Shown piece by piece: positions 56,963 through 64,000 of a stretch of DNA of 64,000 nucleotides (positions are counted from its first letter, which is position 1; each line of letters starts with the position of its first letter). The DNA is taken from NCBI GenBank assembly GCA_004524445.1, contig SDNP01000006.1, positions 36,914 through 100,913 of the forward strand. Reading direction: 5' to 3'. Below the pieces are notes generated by a model. That model was given only the letters and a program-made list of their open reading frames with translations. It searched no databases and had not been told where the DNA came from. Source of the stretch: Candidatus Thorarchaeota archaeon. GTDB taxonomy: Archaea; Asgardarchaeota; Thorarchaeia; Thorarchaeales; Thorarchaeaceae. The translations under genes were made by a program, and so were the position numbers.

Positions 56963-58104
56963 GTTAGGATGTTTTCAAGAGCGTTTAGAATTTTATGCAT
57001 GTCTTCATCGCTAACGAGGGGGTGTACCGGAATATCAAAATGTGTGCGGCCAATCTCTTCCGATATTGGGAGTTTGATGGATTTATAGTCAGGATAGTTC
57101 ACGAACTCAGCCCACCTCCATTCGTTAATATTGAGATAGGTTCCTTGTTTATGACATGGTAAAGCATAGACTGTTCTGGAACCCACATCCATCTCGCGGA
57201 GATTTTCTATTATCTCATCTCTATCCTTATCGTGGGAGGTAACTCTCGGAGCGTAGACATGATATGAGGACTCGAATCCGTTAGGTTCTCTTTGAGTTTC
57301 AATTCCATCAACCTCCTCAAAGAACTCGTTGTATTTTATTGCCTTGACCCTTCTTGCCCTTGTATTTTCAGGTAGCCTGCTAAGCTGCACCCGACCAAGT
57401 GCGGCAACAAGGTCCATCATGCGGTTGTTGTATCCAATTCTGAAATGGCTATACCCGCCTCCTTTGCCTCGACCGTGATTCTTAATCATCAATGCTTTTT
57501 CTAAAATCTCTTCATTATTCGTGGCAATCATCCCGCCTTCGCCCGTCATCATATTCTTGGTTGCATAGAATGAAAATGCTGAAACATCACCGAATGTTCC
57601 AACTTTGTGTCCATCGATTGTTCCTCCGTGAGCTTGACAGGCATCTTCTATGACCATGAGGTCCTCATCTTCGGCAATGTCCATAATGTGCTTCATGTCA
57701 CATGGCATTCCGAAGATATGTACTGGCATAATTGCTGTCGTCTTCTCAGTGATTGCTTCTCTGATTTGTTCTGGGTCGATATTGTATGTGTCTGGGTCAA
57801 CATCGACAAAAATCGGAATAGCTCCAATCATCGAGATTGTATTAGCTGAAGCGATGAACGTAAAGGGAGTGGTTATCACCTCATCTCCAGGTTGGATGTT
57901 CATTGCCTCTAACGCTGTACTCAAGGCAGTCGTTCCGTTTGAAGTAACTGTGGCATATTTTGTTCCGAGATATTTTTGGAATTCCTCTTCAAATGCGCGA
58001 GAAACCTTTCCTTCTGCTAACATTCCGCTTTTCAGGACCTTCTCTACCGCTTCGAGTTCTTCGTGGTCAATTATAGGCTTGGCAAAGGGAATCAAGTCAA
58101 TCAC
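56959..58104 (-). CDS. DegT/DnrJ/EryC1/StrS PLP aminotransferase
   Basis: SNGTTAL, IEDACQAHG and FSFYATKNMMTGEGG motifs. Confidence 0.93.
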   Translation of the reverse strand: MIDLIPFAKPIIDHEELEAVEKVLKSGMLAEGKVSRAFEEEFQKYLGTKYATVTSNGTTALSTALEAMNIQPGDEVITTPFTFIASANTISMIGAIPIFVDVDPDTYNIDPEQIREAITEKTTAIMPVHIFGMPCDMKHIMDIAEDEDLMVIEDACQAHGGTIDGHKVGTFGDVSAFSFYATKNMMTGEGGMIATNNEEILEKALMIKNHGRGKGGGYSHFRIGYNNRMMDLVAALGRVQLSRLPENTRARRVKAIKYNEFFEEVDGIETQREPNGFESSYHVYAPRVTSHDKDRDEIIENLREMDVGSRTVYALPCHKQGTYLNINEWRWAEFVNYPDYKSIKLPISEEIGRTHFDIPVHPLVSDEDMHKILNALENILT

Positions 58105-58164
58105 TGCACTTCAAGAAATTGACTCGGTTAAAACAATTTGCATGTCCAAATTTGATAATTGGGT

Positions 58165-58704
58165 CTAGTCGTTGGAGATATCCGTGTCTTCTTTATTTGC
58201 CTTCTTTTTGTTTTCGAAGTATCCTACTACTCCCACGGAGATCATCATTGCTGCCAGCGCGACCAGTACATAGAGCAGGTTAGCTAGCATAAATATAATC
58301 GCAAGCCCCAATCCGCTCATCACACCCGTGGAGAATCTTACCGAATTTCTCGTTTTTCTTGGTGAGAGACGCTGTGTCATCCAATCGACAACTGTTGAGA
58401 GTCCGAGAACTAAAGCAATTAGGAACCATAACCAAGATGGCTCCATTGATATGCCAAGAACAGAAAAGAAAACAATCCCGAGGCCCATGCCTCCATATAT
58501 CCCCGTACACCGGGCACAGAAGTAAATTGATCTTCCAAAAACTGTGAGTCTTAAACAATGACCATATAGAGAAGGAGGATGATGTGAAATTAGCATATGG
58601 ATTGTTTCTTTAATCTCATCACTTCTATTCCATTGATTGGGTTGAAAAACGACCTCATCCGTTTTTGGTGCATCTTGTTTTTTGCTCACTTGGGTGTGCC
58701 TCAC
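58165..58704 (-). CDS. DUF2085-like membrane protein
   Basis: HH...C...CARCTGIY...DWMTQ...N..RFSTG. Confidence 0.8.
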   Translation of the reverse strand: MRHTQVSKKQDAPKTDEVVFQPNQWNRSDEIKETIHMLISHHPPSLYGHCLRLTVFGRSIYFCARCTGIYGGMGLGIVFFSVLGISMEPSWLWFLIALVLGLSTVVDWMTQRLSPRKTRNSVRFSTGVMSGLGLAIIFMLANLLYVLVALAAMMISVGVVGYFENKKKANKEDTDISND

Positions 58705-58737
58705 TTCTCTCGTAGCAATAATCTTGCAGATGAATGC

Positions 58738-59922
58738 CTAACCTAGTTTGGAAGCAATCTCTTTCGCGAGGTGCCTGATTTGCTCCTCTTCTTCGTCATT
58801 GGGTTTTCCTCTCACCCTTATAGTTGGTTCTAAGACTTCAAATCCGTCCTCTTGAAGCCTGGGTTTGAGCTTTCTTATTGCCCCACCGCCCCATCCATAA
58901 TTTCCGAACAGTCCCATTGGCCTTTGGGCAAATCTCTTACCCTCAAGCTCATCTACGAATGTGCCAATTGGTGGAAACGGATATGCATCGTAAGTTGGTG
59001 AACCGATAACTATTACCCCGGCTCGCATAGTATCTACAATTATGTCACTCATGTCACTATATACAATATTGTGGACCTTTACATCCACATCTAGGTTTTC
59101 GAGAGCTTCTTTGAGTTTGTAAGCCACTCTGTGAGTGAACCCATACATCGTGCCATAAACTATGGTGCAATTGTTCTCAAGCTCGGGGCTGCTCCAACGA
59201 TCATAGCGTTCAACAATCCACATGGGATTGTCCCGATATATTGGCCCATGACTTGGGGCTATCATCTCTATGTCAATTCCCAGATTCTTTACCTTCTGAA
59301 TACCTCTTTGGATGAATTTCAGATAGCTTGTGATTATTGAGGAGAGATATCTTCTGCTCTCATGCTCAATCATTCGTAAATCGATTTCATCGTCGAAATG
59401 TTTCCCGTTCAATGCTCCGTATGAACCAAATGCGTCGCATGAAAACAGAATCCTGTCTTCCATCAAGTAGGTCATCATTGTTTCAGGCCAGTGCAGAAAT
59501 TTGGCATGAACAAACTTGAGAGTCTTTTCTCCAAGGCTGATTTCTTCAAGATCATCTACGATTTTTTGCTCAAGTGAAACATCGTAGAATGATTCCTGCA
59601 TTCCTGATGCCATTCTGGTATATACCATGGTGGCATTGGTGGCAATCTTGGCTATCTCCGGGAGCGCTCCAGTGTGGTCTGGCTCCATGTGGTTCATAAT
59701 AATATAGTCAATATCCTTGGGGTCAACAATCTCCTTGATATTTTCAATCCATTCCTGTGCCCATGGGCCCTTGACCAATTCAATGATTGCTATCTTCTCA
59801 TCTACAATCAAAAAGCTATTGTAGGAAACGCCGAAGGGCAATTTCCATAGGTTCTCAAAATACTCAGTATGGTGATCATCAACGCCTATGTAGTACACAC
59901 CTTTGGTCAGTTCTCTATGCAT
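58738..59922 (-). CDS. fprA: Flavodiiron protein (FprA/A-type flavoprotein)
   Basis: SYNSFLI, NHMEPDHTG, HWPE, CDAFG, PSHG and flavodoxin TMYGFT motifs. Confidence 0.93.
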   Translation of the reverse strand: MHRELTKGVYYIGVDDHHTEYFENLWKLPFGVSYNSFLIVDEKIAIIELVKGPWAQEWIENIKEIVDPKDIDYIIMNHMEPDHTGALPEIAKIATNATMVYTRMASGMQESFYDVSLEQKIVDDLEEISLGEKTLKFVHAKFLHWPETMMTYLMEDRILFSCDAFGSYGALNGKHFDDEIDLRMIEHESRRYLSSIITSYLKFIQRGIQKVKNLGIDIEMIAPSHGPIYRDNPMWIVERYDRWSSPELENNCTIVYGTMYGFTHRVAYKLKEALENLDVDVKVHNIVYSDMSDIIVDTMRAGVIVIGSPTYDAYPFPPIGTFVDELEGKRFAQRPMGLFGNYGWGGGAIRKLKPRLQEDGFEVLEPTIRVRGKPNDEEEEQIRHLAKEIASKLG

Positions 59923-59987
59923 GGCTTTCTGCTCCTTATACACGCATCCAGTGCTTTTGGTCTCTCATTGAGAATAAAAGCTCTGCC

Positions 59988-60458
59988 CTATAACGTTGAG
60001 CGCAAGGATTTCAGGTTTGAGTGTTTTTCTTGCTCTTGGACGACCTCGACTTCCGTTCCGTTATTCTTACCTGTGATTATTTCGTCGACCAACTCTAAAA
60101 CAGCTCTACCTACTATTCCACCAAATCCACCAAGAAGTGCTCCTATCAAGATGCTGATCAGTATCACTACGAAACCAAGGCCTGATAAGCCAAGAAGTCC
60201 AATGAAGAAGTCTGCTATCTCTAGTGCTTGTGCCGTGACAATTAGAAATATGAATATACTTGACCACGCTAAGGCTATACCAACAAATCCGGCAGCGAAA
60301 GAATGCAAGTATCTTCTCGTGAAGAGGGCTCCGATGAAACCGGCCAGAAGCATTAGTATCCATTGCCCACTTAATTGAAGGGTTGCTCCTACCACTGCCA
60401 CAATAATGGCACTTGGTATGACTCCGATGTTTGGAAATAAGTCGTCGATTTTACTCAT
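59988..60458 (-). CDS. Hypothetical membrane protein
   Basis: About 4 Gly-rich TM helices; follows the acylase gene. Confidence 0.72.
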   Translation of the reverse strand: MSKIDDLFPNIGVIPSAIIVAVVGATLQLSGQWILMLLAGFIGALFTRRYLHSFAAGFVGIALAWSSIFIFLIVTAQALEIADFFIGLLGLSGLGFVVILISILIGALLGGFGGIVGRAVLELVDEIITGKNNGTEVEVVQEQEKHSNLKSLRSTL

Positions 60459-60469
60459 ACGATCTCCAC

Positions 60470-63082
60470 CTATGGAACGAATGTTATAGTTCGTTCAATC
60501 AAGTTATTGTTAATATCATTGTCTCTGAAGTCAGTTGGTGTAGAATAGTAGTACATTTTATGATATCCATAGTGTTCGAGTGATTCATCATATGAATACC
60601 ATAATTCGAATAGGTCACTCCAATGCTGGCTAAAAGGCACACCACTTTGTCCACCTGGGTAAACTCCGTATGAGTTTTCGATATTTCCCAAATTTGCCAC
60701 CATTCTCCAAGATGGACCCGATGTAACAACAAATCTCTCGTCCCATCCAGATGCCCTATGGCCATGAGCTGCATTGAGAGTGAAGCCGCTACCCCGATGA
60801 GCACCTCCGCCAATATGGGTCAGACCCGCCAGATGCTCTAAGACGATAATGTGCTGTTCTCCGTACTGCCAATTGGTTCTATTTACTCCGAGTTCCGAAA
60901 CTATATGATTCAGGGCCCGGTGAAGCGCACGTAGGATAATGTCATGACGTGTTTCTACAACGCTCTGCGTTCTCTGGTCATCCAGATAATACGTGTTAGT
61001 TTCCTTCAGCATTTTTTCTAAGACAGGAATGAAGGGCATCATTATGTCAGAGTCAGCTGTCCAGACCTCATCGAATACCTCGTAATTAAGAGCACTTCGA
61101 AGATAGAGCCAGATGGTGGGCGCCATGCTATTTGTCTTCATCTCGAAGTCCCAATCCTCTATTTCATCAACAATGTCTTGTATTGAATCGTTCGAGTTGC
61201 CGAGGGATGACCAGTCATCAAGTACAATGGGCACAATCTCTCTTGCTGAAATATCGAGCGAGTCCGCTTGATACCTCATCATGTCCTCCATGGTCACACT
61301 TTCATCATTCTTGAGGAGATGATCTATTCGTCTTCCTCTGTAGCCGGAAGCGAAGGGTCCAAGCAACTGATATCCATAGTCACCAAAGTTGATGGGTTGT
61401 TGATTTGCGCTCTGAAGATAATGCTGTGCTGGGTCAACAGATCGTGGATTATGGGCAAATGGTATGTAGCCAGTCCAGCCTACAGAGTCATTCAACAGTT
61501 GAACCGGAAACTCACCACTATATCCAGAGCGAATTGGGAACCTACCTGCTACAGTCATGGCAATATGTCCTGCATCATCGGCATATACAATATTCTGAGG
61601 CGGCGAGTCCCACCAGTACATCGACTTATGGTAATCTTCAATGCCAGTTGCCTTGTTTAATATCGATAGAGATAACAGTTCATGCGTAATTTGATTTCCG
61701 GTCCACATCATCGCAAGATTGGGCTCTGTGTCAGTATCTGTACCATGAGTTTCCACGACTGCATCAATGCAAGGTCCATGTACGGACCATTTTACTTCGA
61801 ATGGAATCTCTGTCCCTTCTTTAGTGCGAATAGTTTCATCATATATCGTGAAGTCCTTCCACTCACTGTTGTACTCGTATTGACTCGAATTTTCGGGATT
61901 GAGTTTCTCTATCACTATGTCAAGAACGTCCGCTCCGACGTTCGTGAAGCCCCAAGCAATATGATCAGTGTGGCCCAATACAAACCCTGGTAGTCCAGGA
62001 AATGAAACGCCTGATACATCAAGTAGACCTGGCACTACTATATGTGCTTCGTACCACAGAGATGGCGCCTGTAAACCCAGATGAGGATCATTTGCTAGGA
62101 TTGGAAAACCCGTTGAAGACTTGGTGCCGTCAACAACCCAATTATTGCTTCCAACAAGGTCTTCTGCGCCAAATGGTATGATGACATTTTTGAGAGTATC
62201 AATGATTATCTTTGCCTTTTCCGGCTCTATTCCGCATAGAGCTAGTTTGGAGCTATCAAGACCCTCGGTCGACAATGAACCAACTGGAAAATCTCCTGGT
62301 GCATTTGGGTATTCTCCTAGGCTTAGATTTGTCTGCTCGGGGATAATCGGGACGGAATATGGTTGAGCATCAAAATACAACTCGTTCAGCATCGATTCGT
62401 TTTGGAGTGTAGCTCTAATATACTCTCGCGTGAAATCACGCATTCCACCCGACAGCCCCCAGGTCATCATTTTCGCCCAGATGAAGATGTCAACCGGCTC
62501 CCAGAGCTCCGGTGTTACGCCCAGAAGCTTGAATTCGATAGGTGTCGTGGCACTCGTCATCGATCTAATGAATGCGTTTACTCCATCTACTTCGGCATTT
62601 ACGAGTTCCAATGCATAAGCTACATCCGGATCATTCTCGTTACTCAGGTACCAGTCGTACGTTTTCTGAGCAGAACGAGCCAATCCGATGGCCCGATAGA
62701 ATTTATCGCTACTGCTCGCATATGAGCCAACAATCTCGCTGATTCTTCCTGCAGCAAGACTATTCTGAATAACCATCTGGAAAAGACGTTCTTTGGCATG
62801 CATATACCCTAGGGCCATATGAGCATCTCTAGCTGATTGTGCGTAGATGTGAGGAATCCCATATCTATCAATGACAACTTCTACCTCATTATCAATGCCA
62901 TCCAACACAATGGTCTGATCGGCTTTGTTATCAAGGCCAATCCCAACATCGAAGATCCCTCCGAGCGGTTGAATGATACCTAATCCTCCTGCAAGTGGCC
63001 CAATTGGAATGGTCAGCAGTACTACTAGAATGACAGGTCCAATCAAGCTCAGACCCAGATGTGCTATCTTCCTCCTCATCAA
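60470..63082 (-). CDS. Penicillin acylase family Ntn-hydrolase, membrane anchored or secreted
   Basis: DRYGIPHIYA, GSNNW, ANDPHL and PGGQSG motifs. Confidence 0.93.
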   Translation of the reverse strand: MMRRKIAHLGLSLIGPVILVVLLTIPIGPLAGGLGIIQPLGGIFDVGIGLDNKADQTIVLDGIDNEVEVVIDRYGIPHIYAQSARDAHMALGYMHAKERLFQMVIQNSLAAGRISEIVGSYASSSDKFYRAIGLARSAQKTYDWYLSNENDPDVAYALELVNAEVDGVNAFIRSMTSATTPIEFKLLGVTPELWEPVDIFIWAKMMTWGLSGGMRDFTREYIRATLQNESMLNELYFDAQPYSVPIIPEQTNLSLGEYPNAPGDFPVGSLSTEGLDSSKLALCGIEPEKAKIIIDTLKNVIIPFGAEDLVGSNNWVVDGTKSSTGFPILANDPHLGLQAPSLWYEAHIVVPGLLDVSGVSFPGLPGFVLGHTDHIAWGFTNVGADVLDIVIEKLNPENSSQYEYNSEWKDFTIYDETIRTKEGTEIPFEVKWSVHGPCIDAVVETHGTDTDTEPNLAMMWTGNQITHELLSLSILNKATGIEDYHKSMYWWDSPPQNIVYADDAGHIAMTVAGRFPIRSGYSGEFPVQLLNDSVGWTGYIPFAHNPRSVDPAQHYLQSANQQPINFGDYGYQLLGPFASGYRGRRIDHLLKNDESVTMEDMMRYQADSLDISAREIVPIVLDDWSSLGNSNDSIQDIVDEIEDWDFEMKTNSMAPTIWLYLRSALNYEVFDEVWTADSDIMMPFIPVLEKMLKETNTYYLDDQRTQSVVETRHDIILRALHRALNHIVSELGVNRTNWQYGEQHIIVLEHLAGLTHIGGGAHRGSGFTLNAAHGHRASGWDERFVVTSGPSWRMVANLGNIENSYGVYPGGQSGVPFSQHWSDLFELWYSYDESLEHYGYHKMYYYSTPTDFRDNDINNNLIERTITFVP

Positions 63083-63212
63083 ATTTCACAACCGCATTGA
63101 AAATAACAGTATCATCTTATTTCTCTTAAGTCTTCGCTGATTCCCCTAATTTTGGTACTTGGGAAGGTTTTTGAGCAAGTAGCTTTTTCACTATTTTTTG
63201 TTGTGAGTCACA

Positions 63213-64000
63213 ATGGTAAAGACCGAGAGTTTTAGAGGCAGAGACTACATCAATCTGCTAGACTATACGAAAGAGGAAATTGAAACCCTGATTGATGTTG
63301 CTATTGATTTGAAAAAGAAATACGCACTCTGGGAACCACACAAGCTCCTAGATGCTAAGACGTTGTTCATGATATTCTACAATTCAAGTCTGAGGACGAG
63401 GAATTCATTCGAGGCTGGAATGACACAACTCGGGGGACATGCACACTTTCTTGACCCAAGCAAGATATACGCTCCTGCACTTGAGGGAGATGAGGAGGCA
63501 TATTCTACAGAACGTGTTTCAGACGTAGCTCGCGTTCTGTCTCGGATGGGGCAAGGCATTGCCATCAGGTGTTATGGTGATCCCGTCGGATGGATCTACG
63601 GCAAGGCAAACGAAATCATAAACAACTTTGCCTACTGGGCAGATTGTCCGGTGATTAACATGGAAGATGACAAGTACCATCCCTGCCAGGGATTGGCGGA
63701 TGTCATGACTGTGAAGGAGAAGTTCGGTACATTCAAGGATGTCAAATTTGTTATGAGCTGGGCTTATTCTCCATCAGTTCACAAACCACTTGCTGTCCCT
63801 CAGAGTGCAATCATAGCAGCGACAAAGATGGGAATGGAAACTGTTCTTGCTCATCCAAAGGGTATGGAACTGGATGATGAAATCATCAAGCACTGCAAAC
63901 TGAATGCTGAAAAGAATAACTCGGGTTTTGAAATCATGAATGATATGGAAGAGGCCTTTGAAGGAGCTCATGTCGTGTATCCAAAGGCATGGACTTGTAA
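63213..64000 (+). CDS. Carbamoyltransferase of the knotted YgeW/N-acetylornithine type (3' end runs off the window)
   Basis: Not in the ORF track. Manual translation gives SSLRTRNSFE, HPCQGLAD, SWAYSPSVHKPLAVPQS and YPKAW. Confidence 0.85.
   Translation, partial: MVKTESFRGRDYINLLDYTKEEIETLIDVAIDLKKKYALWEPHKLLDAKTLFMIFYNSSLRTRNSFEAGMTQLGGHAHFLDPSKIYAPALEGDEEAYSTERVSDVARVLSRMGQGIAIRCYGDPVGWIYGKANEIINNFAYWADCPVINMEDDKYHPCQGLADVMTVKEKFGTFKDVKFVMSWAYSPSVHKPLAVPQSAIIAATKMGMETVLAHPKGMELDDEIIKHCKLNAEKNNSGFEIMNDMEEAFEGAHVVYPKAWTC

Noticed and set aside
1-64000. Selenoprotein, CRISPR array, tRNA/rRNA or transposase
   Set aside because: No in-frame UGA at a catalytic Cys in any intact redox gene, and no repeat-spacer array, cloverleaf or transposase motif was seen.

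Overview
Archaeal chromosomal window, most likely an Asgard archaeon of the Thorarchaeia type. This is inferred from archaeal pheS/pheT and aRF1, two Roadblock/LC7 genes, a large membrane-anchored family-5 binding protein and several eukaryote-like domains. It holds about 55 genes, mostly housekeeping or metabolic: pheT/pheS, aRF1, ino1, glmS, SSB, RimK-like ligase, ABC/MFS/DMT transporters, rubrerythrin, an NADH:rubredoxin-type oxidoreductase, a flavodiiron protein, penicillin acylase and a knotted carbamoyltransferase. A group 4 [NiFe]-hydrogenase is split over two convergent operons. I found no tRNA, rRNA, CRISPR array or transposase. Strongest unusual signals: (1) a 228-nt, promoter-led, fully folded ncRNA candidate at 13544-13771 that fits no family I recognise; (2) a Cas4-like nuclease split into two genes, each half with its own transmembrane anchor; (3) a membrane-anchored subtilase with the domain architecture of eukaryotic Site-1 protease (MBTPS1), head-to-head with a CPBP intramembrane protease; (4) an Mre11 partnered with a miniature, hook-less Rad50. 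Weaker signals include a second structured-RNA candidate, a Vps62/NPP1-like protein and a phosphohistidine swivel domain with His replaced by Asp. All family assignments come from motif recognition by eye; no database searches or folding programs were run.
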